From Patescibacteria group bacterium (GTDB taxonomy: Bacteria; Patescibacteriota; Patescibacteriia; UBA2591; JAQUPP01): a stretch of 64,000 nt of DNA. The stretch covers positions 128,467 to 192,466 of the forward strand of contig JAQUPP010000001.1 in the NCBI GenBank assembly GCA_028716665.1, given 5' to 3'. Numbering within the stretch: the stretch's first letter is position 1; the number at the start of each line of letters is the position of its first letter. Below, one piece after another: positions 45,201 to 55,117 of this stretch. Under the pieces are notes generated by a model that did no database searches, was not told where the DNA came from, and was given only the letters and a program-made list of their open reading frames with translations. The position numbers and the translations under genes were made by a program.

Positions 45201-47510
45201 GTTTACAGATTAAGTTATCTTGATACAAACGGGAGCGTTTATGGAGTCGATGGAATTAAACTTAAATCGTCGATACAACCAGATAGTGAGATTAATTCAA
45301 CGCAATTGACAAAATCTACTATTGGGAAAACCTGTCGAGCTTATCCGGAAAAAGATTCGCCATTTAAGAGTGACGTGGAAAAATATTATTTTTCCGATGT
45401 TAATGTTTGCAATGATACGAATAATACCGGCGAAAATAAAGATTGCCAATGCAGTTACACTAAAGATGATTATGGCGGAACAACAAAATATTATAATACG
45501 GCGCCGACAACAACGGGAATTTGTGTGAGCAGCAGTGATGGCAAGGAAACAGGAGATACAACTCAGAATATTTGCGTGAGCACTCAAAATGATCATACTC
45601 CGGGAATTTGGAAAACTTTAACCAAACAGACAAACGCGCTTGGTCTGAGAGGTTTTTGTTTGGAACCGGATCCATCAAAACCTGCTGATTTAAATGCTTG
45701 CATTACCTGGTGGCCCGGCGCGGCAATCGGCGACCCGGATATTTATAATCAATTCACTTCTGCCGGCTATCAAGCCGCGAATGAGCGACAATGGTATTGT
45801 GCTAAAAAAATTGAAGTTCCAGTAATAGATTTACAATCAGAGGGTAATTTAACAATGACTTCTCATAACGATTGTAAATCTGGAGAAACATGGAAATGCG
45901 CTTGGCAGAAAGGTAATATATGTAATGATGTGGAATGGTGGCCACATAATTGGAGATCGGATAGTTGTTCAACAAATATAACAGGTATTTATTCTGTTAG
46001 TGAGCTTGATAATTGTAATTTAGATTGTCCCGCTCAAGCGATATTTTCTTTGGGTAATAGCTCATCAAATAGAGTCAAAAATTTAAAGGCGGACATGGTT
46101 GAAAGTATTAATATTAATGTTTGTTCTTGTACCAGCGCTAATGGTGCTGGCGATACGAATACCTGTTCAAGCGGTTCCTGTACAGATATTAGTGGGAATG
46201 ATTCAGGAAGTCTTTGGGGCTGGGATCCTCTGGTATTATCTTTAAATGATTCTAATTCTTGGACATCATCTTACGGTTCGGGGAATGGCGTAAAGATAAT
46301 TGCTAACTGGAAAGAAGATCAAACTTTTGATTCTTTGGTATTAAAAGCAGCAGATGAAAAGAATTTTGGATACTTTAAAATAAATTCAATCACTTTAAAA
46401 ATTAAAAATGATTGTGAACAAGTTGTTAAAATTGCGGATACTGACAGAATGGCCACCGCTTACACTAATCGGGTAAATAATATTAAAAATTATTTTAATG
46501 ATTCTGTGGATGGTAAAACAGAGTTTGAAAATTGTACTCCTTGGGGCGCGGTTAAAAATTGGGATACATCAACAGTTTATATTACAGAATCATCAAATAC
46601 TTGTGAAATAAATAAGGGTGCTTTATATGATTATACGGGCAACATAAAAGACTCTGTTTTTGCTAAAAAACTTTTTGCTCGATCTTTTGATGTCAAAACA
46701 TTTTCTTTGTCTGATTTTCAATATCATACGGGAAGCTTATATACTGTTTTGGATTCTACTAATACTCCTCAAGTGGCGGCCCCAACCTGTGATGAATTAA
46801 CGAATGTTTGTAAAATGGATTCTGAGGGGGCTTCAAATCATATTACTATCGGTAATGTCTATAAAGATGGAGAGAACATTACTCGTGTTCAGTCATATTT
46901 GGCAATTTTGAAATTTTATGCTTGGGCAAATGAAAATCAAATGCCGATCAGGGAAATTTCCATTGATTGGGGAGATAGAGCTGGCGAAGTTAATCCTTAT
47001 TCGGTAATAGCTAAAAATCACAAACAGGCTTGTTGTGAAGGAAGTGGCAGTTGTGCAAATCTCGGAGTTGCATGTAAAGAAGGAATCAATGCCGGCAAAG
47101 CTTGCAATAAAGATTCAGATTGTTTAAAAGAATATGCTTTATGCACAAATAAAAAATGTCAGGCCGGGGTTAATCAAAATCAGGCTTGTGATAAACCAGA
47201 AGATTGTCCGATTTATAGCGAATGTCAAAATATGGTTAATTTAAATTTCGGCAATATTCCTGATGCCTGCACAAATAATTATTTCCAATTTACTCATATT
47301 TATCAATGCGCCGGCGAAGGTTCACCGGGTTGGAATGCCTTTAAGTGTTCCAATACTTGTTGTTTTAAACCTCGCGTTTATGTTCAAGATAATTGGGGTT
47401 GGTGTAATAATGGAAAGGAGAATGTATTAAAATCATCTAATGGTAAATGTAATGGATTGGGGATAGCAGGCACACCATTCGGAGGCTTAATAATTATTAG
47501 ACCGCAATAA
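39288..47510 (+). CDS. Giant (2,740 aa) Cys-rich secreted/anchored surface protein with CBM4/9-like (galactose-binding-like) domains
   Basis: It has a signal/TM N-terminus and more than 100 Cys. Two regions match the CBM pattern (DFEDA..GWNG...; NGGDFETGNLGQWT...). Confidence 0.7.
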   Translation: MAFKFFMKAKKLLNFRILTGAVLLVMFLSIMTPVLFYPKQAQAQMVVHDPLKVIVDKVWEFLKLAWKNGAGIAYKNAINTYTSQIATQTAEWVASGGKGQTPMFIADPDYWVKVGDNMLGEFIDAAAGPKGFFGQSLCDPIDPTLRLNILISFDPLYRQKTWTQENKCSFTKIRQRIKEASQKNLIEFSVDLKEGPVGRYQSSFKSIFEADSKLNEWQTADWPGGDHKTNLKMIADKITSIQKDFSQTVEDLKANKNNTSLIQKENIQADFRNRINNNVWGPDEPPATQYGQYLKFWQKNTSACAAKNKENFCQDLNCYNICSKTDCLGNFTNCLAYTNRANLYVKQLIDWTNQLTGMINKTDFTALTTKEEVTLEDIGRMYSEDNDLRITLSLQSSLMEKQANAVSKSQYFQSLQGRLNDVTTKISGLTKTPSSLVDTAAREAVKNGTASPMQYTGVAVADAIGIFTNTLIDKLLKQIFEKGYNVNVSPEAVRTQPFLSGEGGLITLGSNAGGSLFSDLTVASLKKGGEISIYDEYSVCPQDPKYALPSNCVMDSGMVRALEDNLTLKQAMDKNLIHSDWLVSGRSKKDAATDYLGRYSLTNIKKLRAIRVFPLGLEIAAQKIYDGKLGDAQFTLKDIVDGFDKVSSDGDCRIYIDPTKTPKEGSMEIPCPVWDNDHCYTNVGKTKESFSASPFCHLVDPNWVLKAPSFQCETIAYSAIPLPGSNQRQETCIDMKDCIHEDANGKCDTWGYCTREKNIWRAGGNSCDSQFNTCQTYTKTSDKKSSSYLANTLNFANCSVNDVGCKWYCSDYQKSFGANKADIWACEKPGVSLTCIDRDESGQCTTYGKNGTEQNPTQNAIFFNRNVEKCDKNSEGCHEYIRTATDSKIYLKTAPEWMDCEGDSPSLECSNFATSCEKEDVGCGLYAPINNDPTIPGIVSEGNRCSEKCVGTNYFKEMKTNFETNQPDVLLIPSLAKSCSAPGCEEFTNLDEVAKGGEGIQYYSYIRTCQKPDTQTCGYYYTWVGSDTNGYQLKKYYLTAGAGGPAEIDSPSAQFGICDKDQIFTNPHCKEFYDADGKVSYRIYENTITCSDDCHPLRITIPTGFDSTKCSNSGGTWDNGNCIYQTIPTESVSCSKANIGCREYKGNAANNVRQILKSDFEDAKDQGWNGTPVNESGVYTGHSLQSPSFMISHSVSLTSEKSYILSFWARGNGDYYSFFTKDKETVWFNNKDKTTIFSDDWQEIKLGPIYSNNQLSSGDWELNIRGPNGFYVDDIILKEVKDDLNLIKDSWKTKMPAGCTVSGCQAYKDQNNKLQYLTSFARLCDEKSVGCEALIDTKNSTSPFAETFKNGTTVPDDSPIYLINDSKKSCQETNKGCQRFGLPTLSSEDTVVGWSDLYLRNNPDNYSAKILCDSANTGCEEYKINGSGSSVYFKDPGENLCEWREKIMVGGENKTGWFKKGTSQPCYYNTDNTPYQINGLYSIKTSAEPDYKNIAGVCPQKQTGCTQFTDFGATVGNNLINGGDFETGNLGQWTPAYGSVAKPDTIQLLSGFGQPANFLRIESDGSSPRFGVAQYPEFNDLPSGASFNFSAKIKLDNNLTDDVKATVYLDLFYRGNKEFDNQGCIVKIDDKSVPRDCSDSESAIVRTCADQGKDNCTGSNDLEKSYVQCLKDVNLGNVNGWCFNWVYGYQPAVGWGGIDTTNKDWITLNKTIVAGGKDNPKNLPLYKIMVSPVLVKGNGTAGVIDITNSSVYADFDDISLKQIQNYYYLDDDKLDQSSCQGNVSQKQDCILLLDSSLKNADGQVLATYNTFATYKKSEATNPKYGLVSPVDCTKGVPQTGKSCTDAEYTNTDYCKYCSSYGQIKNDANTILKVRQDRTCGEWLTCTSSRSEWDKTSGSFKDICEAVGRCDKLIGTGNANQCGHLIWENDPKVLADNIYQNRDVSWSGMDYAGHSIYNMYPIERLWAKEYNGVYRLSYLDTNGSVYGVDGIKLKSSIQPDSEINSTQLTKSTIGKTCRAYPEKDSPFKSDVEKYYFSDVNVCNDTNNTGENKDCQCSYTKDDYGGTTKYYNTAPTTTGICVSSSDGKETGDTTQNICVSTQNDHTPGIWKTLTKQTNALGLRGFCLEPDPSKPADLNACITWWPGAAIGDPDIYNQFTSAGYQAANERQWYCAKKIEVPVIDLQSEGNLTMTSHNDCKSGETWKCAWQKGNICNDVEWWPHNWRSDSCSTNITGIYSVSELDNCNLDCPAQAIFSLGNSSSNRVKNLKADMVESININVCSCTSANGAGDTNTCSSGSCTDISGNDSGSLWGWDPLVLSLNDSNSWTSSYGSGNGVKIIANWKEDQTFDSLVLKAADEKNFGYFKINSITLKIKNDCEQVVKIADTDRMATAYTNRVNNIKNYFNDSVDGKTEFENCTPWGAVKNWDTSTVYITESSNTCEINKGALYDYTGNIKDSVFAKKLFARSFDVKTFSLSDFQYHTGSLYTVLDSTNTPQVAAPTCDELTNVCKMDSEGASNHITIGNVYKDGENITRVQSYLAILKFYAWANENQMPIREISIDWGDRAGEVNPYSVIAKNHKQACCEGSGSCANLGVACKEGINAGKACNKDSDCLKEYALCTNKKCQAGVNQNQACDKPEDCPIYSECQNMVNLNFGNIPDACTNNYFQFTHIYQCAGEGSPGWNAFKCSNTCCFKPRVYVQDNWGWCNNGKENVLKSSNGKCNGLGIAGTPFGGLIIIRPQ

Positions 47511-47600
47511 TTATAGCTTATTAGCTTGTAGCTTCTTGGCTTTTTAGAAAATAAAAAAGAGTAGGTCTATTACAGACCTACTCGGCGAGAAATAAATTTC

Positions 47601-48485
47601 TCATTTTAACAAAGTCAATTTTGTAGTTACAGTTTTATTGCCCATCAAGGTTTTTGCAAAATAAATTCCATTAGGTAATTGTTTCCCGGATTCATTTTTC
47701 CCGTTCCATATCCGTTCTTTCAAAATGGTCTTTACTTTTTTACCGCTGATATCGTAAATCGCAATTTGGCCAACGACCGAGGTTCTAAAATGGCAAGAAT
47801 AAGAAAATGGATTTGGAAAGATTTCTAATTTTTCATTTTGATTTTTCCATTTTTCATTTTCCTCAACTCCTTGACTTTCCCCCATCGAATCTAGAAGCAC
47901 TTTATTGTTATTATGATAGGTTTGATAAGCAAGATTATCAAGCTTTCCGCCAAAAGGAAAGTGGGGATTTTCCCCAGTCTCCCACCAAACCTCTAGAATT
48001 AAAATATCAATTCTTGTTGCTCGTAAGCAGCTTGATGCCCCCCAGATTAGAGAGTGGAATTCCATCTCTTGTCTCCAGTCGGTATAACTAGTCCCCCAAA
48101 TATTAGAGCTGGAATAAAGTTTTCCTTCTGAAATCATATAAAATCGGAAACAGACAGAATCTGACAGAACTTTAATATCAGTAAAGAGTTGGGAAGTATC
48201 GCCAATATCCCGATTATATTCTTTTTTAAAATATTCCGCATATCTTCCGGAATCAACCATAAATTGAACAGAATGTTGACTGTTTCTCCACGGGCTATGA
48301 TCATCTGAAACTTTCACTGTTCCATAACTCAAAAGAGCATCAGGTCCAAAATAATCCAGAAATACTGAATCCGCGTTACTTGAATCTACCGGGATCCATC
48401 CATCGACCGGCTGTGTTAGTCCAAAAACCGAACTGAAAAATCCGAACATTAAAACTATAACTAAAATAAATTTTTTAAAGAACAT
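47601..48485 (-). CDS. Secreted protein with a C-terminal domain resembling the T9SS/Por-type (FlgD-Ig-like) sorting tail
   Basis: It has a signal peptide. The last ~75 aa (FPNPFSYSCHFRTSVVGQIAIYDISGKKV...NGIYFAKTLMGNKTVTTKLTLLK) fit the Por_Secre_tail pattern. Confidence 0.45.
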   Translation of the reverse strand: MFFKKFILVIVLMFGFFSSVFGLTQPVDGWIPVDSSNADSVFLDYFGPDALLSYGTVKVSDDHSPWRNSQHSVQFMVDSGRYAEYFKKEYNRDIGDTSQLFTDIKVLSDSVCFRFYMISEGKLYSSSNIWGTSYTDWRQEMEFHSLIWGASSCLRATRIDILILEVWWETGENPHFPFGGKLDNLAYQTYHNNNKVLLDSMGESQGVEENEKWKNQNEKLEIFPNPFSYSCHFRTSVVGQIAIYDISGKKVKTILKERIWNGKNESGKQLPNGIYFAKTLMGNKTVTTKLTLLK

Positions 48486-48582
48486 TTGTCCCCCTTTGAG
48501 TTAAACGTTATTGTCTAACTGTATAATACTCTATCATATTTTTTGCTTTTTGTCAAGATGTTATAATAAGTTAATTTTTATG

Positions 48583-51465
<2,883 letters not shown>

Positions 51466-51473
51466 TTTGAATT

Positions 51474-53375
51474 ATGATTGATGATATCGTATTAAAATTT
51501 AAAGAGTTGCCGTTAGAAGTTCAAGACAAGCTATCTTCGATAGAAATTTTAGGAATTTTAGATAAAATAGAAAAGCAATATTCTCAACGCCAGGTTTCTT
51601 TGGCCGAGATACTGATGAGGATCGCAATTAAAGAGATAGATATTAATAATTTGACAGAGATTTTGGAGAAAGAATATCTTTTGGAAAGGGAAAAGGCGAG
51701 AGAGATCAGTATTGCTTTGAAAGAAAAAATTTCGTGGTTAGCATTAGGTTTTGACATAGAAAAAAAAGAATTATTGGAAGAAAAAGCAGAATCGAAATAT
51801 TTTCAATTACCAGGGAAAATTAGAAATGTAATTTTTGCTCCGGAAAATACGGAAATTTTTAACCAACTTGCCGAAAAATATAATTTTGACATTAATGCCA
51901 TAGTAATAAGGCTGGTAGTTGGAGATATTACATTTAATGATTTGGATAAAATATTAGTAACGGATTATCATCTCCTTGTATCTGCGTTAAGGGATGTTGA
52001 AGAAAATTTGAGTAAAATTTTGAAACCGATTATTCAAATGCTAGAAATGCAGAAACCGGGAGAAATCAATACAGAAGAGCTTGATAGAGAAATTGAAAAA
52101 TTAAAAGAGAATATTCCTACTCTTGCTGCAAAACTTGATATTAATCAGGCGGCGGACAATGCGATTACCAAGGTTGGCCTGACTTTCCCAGATGAAACAA
52201 TAGAAAAACGTTTTAAAAATGTAGTCATTTCTTTTTTAAGAGAAGTGCGCGGAGAGATTGAAACAAGAATTGTTTTAAAAAGACCACAAAAAATCGGAGG
52301 CGTGGAATTGGACGAAAAAATAGTTGACAAGGTGATGGATATTTTGAAACAAGAAAAGCCGATGATTAAAATTGAACCAATGGGTAATATTCCTCAGATT
52401 GAACTGGCCGAAGGACTAAAACAGCCGGAAGAAACAATTCAAAAATTTACTCGCATGGAAAAACCCGAAATAAAATCAGTTTCTTTGTTGTCTAAAATTG
52501 AAGAAGAAAAATTACTTCCTCAACCTGAAGAAGTAAAAGAGAAATTATTAAAAGAAAAATTTGAGCAAGAACCGTTGGTAGCACCGATTTTAGAAAAACC
52601 GGCTCCGGTTATTGAAAAGCCCAAGCCGATAATTCCGGAAATTAAAATTGTCAAAGAAGAACCAAAATTGGCCATGCCGGAATTTAAACCGATTATTCCG
52701 CCTGTTTTGGAAAAGAAAATTGAAGAGAAAACAGCGCCAAATTTATTTACCGCGGTTTCGGAAGAACCGAAAACTAAAGTTTCCGGACCGGAAGAAATTA
52801 CTGATGTTTTAAAAGAAATTGATCAATTACCGCCGGGAGATACCCCATTTGTTCTTGATGAAGAGGCAGAAGACAAATTTAAATTACCGGTTAGAGAATT
52901 GCCAAAAGAGGAATTGAAACCAATTATTGAAGAGCCAAAAGTTGAAGAAATAAAAAAAGAAATTAAACCTCAACCTCAGGCGGAAATTTTTATTCACCGG
53001 CCGCCTCGCGAGCCGGCAATGGCTAAAATGGAAGAAATTAAGGTTACTCCTCGTGTTTCCGGCCCGATTGAAGAGTTACAAGGTGCCACTCTTCAGGATT
53101 TTCGAAGATGGGGCAGCGCTGAACAAGCTGTTCAAAAAATAAAAGAAAAAATAGATTTATTGGGGGAAGAATCTTTGGTTAAAAAATCGGAAGGAATCAA
53201 GGCATGGAAAGAATCAGAAATTAATAAATTATATTTGGATATCGGCACGGAATCAATTGATAAGGGCATCTCAGTCAGTGAAGTAATCATTTTAAGACAA
53301 AAAGAAAATCGTAAAACTTTAAACGAAGAAGAATTTGACAAAGTGGTGGAATTGAACCAGAACCTCCGTTTCTGA
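51474..53375 (+). CDS. Hypothetical Glu/Lys/Pro-rich protein with EKP/IIP repeats
   Basis: It is 633 aa long and includes the repetitive stretch EKPAPVIEKPKPIIPEIK. Confidence 0.45.
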   Translation: MIDDIVLKFKELPLEVQDKLSSIEILGILDKIEKQYSQRQVSLAEILMRIAIKEIDINNLTEILEKEYLLEREKAREISIALKEKISWLALGFDIEKKELLEEKAESKYFQLPGKIRNVIFAPENTEIFNQLAEKYNFDINAIVIRLVVGDITFNDLDKILVTDYHLLVSALRDVEENLSKILKPIIQMLEMQKPGEINTEELDREIEKLKENIPTLAAKLDINQAADNAITKVGLTFPDETIEKRFKNVVISFLREVRGEIETRIVLKRPQKIGGVELDEKIVDKVMDILKQEKPMIKIEPMGNIPQIELAEGLKQPEETIQKFTRMEKPEIKSVSLLSKIEEEKLLPQPEEVKEKLLKEKFEQEPLVAPILEKPAPVIEKPKPIIPEIKIVKEEPKLAMPEFKPIIPPVLEKKIEEKTAPNLFTAVSEEPKTKVSGPEEITDVLKEIDQLPPGDTPFVLDEEAEDKFKLPVRELPKEELKPIIEEPKVEEIKKEIKPQPQAEIFIHRPPREPAMAKMEEIKVTPRVSGPIEELQGATLQDFRRWGSAEQAVQKIKEKIDLLGEESLVKKSEGIKAWKESEINKLYLDIGTESIDKGISVSEVIILRQKENRKTLNEEEFDKVVELNQNLRF

Positions 53376-53398
53376 TAATTTAAAATTGAAAAATCAAA

Positions 53399-53770
53399 AT
53401 GGAAAATGACAGTGTAAATTTTAAAAATGAATTCAAAAAACGCCTCTATAACTGGGTTTTAAGGTTAATCAAGTTTATAGACAAGCTTCCCAAAGACTCC
53501 GTATGCAATGTCTTGGGAAAACAGCTTCTAAGAAGTGGAACAAGCATTTTGGCAAATTATATTGAGGCAAACTCAGCCAGCTCAAAGAAAGATTTTATCA
53601 ATTTTTTCACTCATTCTTTAAAATCAGCCAATGAATCTAAGGTTTGGCTGACATTATTAAGAGATACTGACAAAGGAGATAAAAATGAATTGCAGTGGTC
53701 ATTAAAAGAACTGATAGAAATAGCCAATATTCTGGCTTCTAGTATTTTAACTCTCAAGGGTAAGAAATAA
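53399..53770 (+). CDS. Four-helix-bundle protein of the 23S-rRNA-IVS / DGR-Avd family
   Basis: Family-like motifs are present (...SILANYIEANSASSKKDFINFF.HSLKSANESKVWL). The length is 123 aa. Confidence 0.6.
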   Translation: MENDSVNFKNEFKKRLYNWVLRLIKFIDKLPKDSVCNVLGKQLLRSGTSILANYIEANSASSKKDFINFFTHSLKSANESKVWLTLLRDTDKGDKNELQWSLKELIEIANILASSILTLKGKK

Positions 53771-53828
53771 TTTTGACATTTTGAATTGTAATTTTAATTT
53801 TTGATATTTACATTTTGCATTTTTTATC
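53771..53828 (+). promoter_or_regulatory. Cassette 3' element (ttttgacattttgaattgtaattttaatttttgatatttacatttt) upstream of the VirB3-like ORF
   Basis: It recurs at 55086-55139 and 57716-57748, each directly upstream of a start codon. Confidence 0.45.
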
Positions 53829-54260
53829 ATGCAATTCATCGTTCCACAATTTATTGATATTGAACCGAAAATAATCGGGCAGATTACGCCACGGCAATTT
53901 TTGACTATTATTATCACGACTATCACTATTGGTGTTTGCTATAAATTATTTGATTTTGCTTTATTCATTTTGGTCGCGATTATCACCGCGTCAGTGGGAG
54001 TATCTCTCGCCTTTTTGAAAGTTAATGGCCGGCCGATATATTATTTTCTCGTAAATGTTTTTCAAACTTTTCGCAGGCCCAAAATAAGAGTTTGGCGCAA
54101 AGAATTTATTAGAATTGTTGAAAAAAATTTCAGAGATAAAGAAAAAACAGCCAGAACAATGCAGGAATTTGTTCCCCGTCCCCCGCTTTCTTCCACTCGG
54201 CTTTCTCAAGTTGCCCTATTGGTTGATACGGGAGGGAAATATACCGAAGACAATGAATAA
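53829..54260 (+). CDS. Small two-TM membrane protein, candidate VirB3-like
   Basis: It is 143 aa long with a hydrophobic hairpin, and it lies immediately upstream of the VirB4-like ATPase. Confidence 0.3.
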   Translation: MQFIVPQFIDIEPKIIGQITPRQFLTIIITTITIGVCYKLFDFALFILVAIITASVGVSLAFLKVNGRPIYYFLVNVFQTFRRPKIRVWRKEFIRIVEKNFRDKEKTARTMQEFVPRPPLSSTRLSQVALLVDTGGKYTEDNE

Positions 54261-54331
54261 TAGCTTTTTAGCTTGTAGCTTATTAGCTTTTTAGGGCTAA
54301 GAAGCTAATTCCTAATATCCTAATTTTAAAT

Positions 54332-54997
54332 ATGAATAATCAAAAACCTCAATTTCCTTCAACGCAAAAATATTTAAACATTTCCGAAATAAGAAATGAT
54401 TGCGTTATTTTGCAAGACGGCACTTTAAGGGCTGTTCTTTTGGTTTCTTCAATTAATTTTTCCTTGAAATCAGAAGAAGAGCAAAATGCCGTGATTCAAG
54501 CTTATGTTCAATTTTTAAATTCTTTGGATTTTCCGATTCAAATCGTTATTCAATCCAGGCCGTTTAACATCAATCCTTATTTGACTCAATTGGAAGAATT
54601 AAAAAGAACCCAAACCAATGATTTGTTAAAAGCGCAAATGGCTGATTATATTGATTTCACCAGAGAATTAATCCAAATGGGCGAAATAATGAGTAAACGT
54701 TTTTATATAGTGGTGCCTTACAATCCTTTAGGCGACAAAAAACGAAGTTTCGCGTCCATTATGACTGATGTTTTAAGCGCTGCTTCGGTTGTTAAGCTTA
54801 AAAGAGAAAAATTTGAAAAATACAGAGAAATTCTTTTCAGGAGAATGGATAACGTTTTGTCAAATCTTTCAAGTATGGGCATTAAAGCAATATCACTCGA
54901 CACTCAAAGTTTGATTGAACTTTTCTATAATACTTATAATCCATCCAGCGCTCAGAATCAAAAATTAGTTGAAATAAAAGATTTAAGAGTTGAATAG
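54332..54997 (+). CDS. N-terminal domain of a VirB4-like ATPase, encoded as a separate ORF
   Basis: The pattern CVILQDGTLRAVLLVSSINFSLKSEEEQNAVIQAYVQFLNSL.FPIQIVIQSRP is typical of Gram-positive-type VirB4 N-termini. It is separated from the ATPase core by a cassette remnant. Confidence 0.4.
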   Translation: MNNQKPQFPSTQKYLNISEIRNDCVILQDGTLRAVLLVSSINFSLKSEEEQNAVIQAYVQFLNSLDFPIQIVIQSRPFNINPYLTQLEELKRTQTNDLLKAQMADYIDFTRELIQMGEIMSKRFYIVVPYNPLGDKKRSFASIMTDVLSAASVVKLKREKFEKYREILFRRMDNVLSNLSSMGIKAISLDTQSLIELFYNTYNPSSAQNQKLVEIKDLRVE

Positions 54998-55085
54998 TAA
55001 TAAATCAAAATTAAAAAATCAAAATGCAAAATGACAGTGTAAAGTTTAAAACTAATAAAAGTCAAAAAGTATTTTATAAATTCAA
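54998..55085 (+). repeat. Internally deleted copy of the 4HB cassette 5' end (MQNDSVKFK... 25-codon remnant)
   Basis: aaaaatcaaaatgcaaaatgacagtgtaaa matches 53381-53415. Confidence 0.6.
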
Positions 55086-55117
55086 TAATTTTACATTTTA
55101 ATTTGTCATTTTAATCT

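Noticed and set aside
47601-48485. Calling a complete type IX secretion system
   Set aside because: Only a C-terminal sorting-domain-like tail is visible. No T9SS core components lie in the window, and the domain also occurs as a generic Ig-like module.
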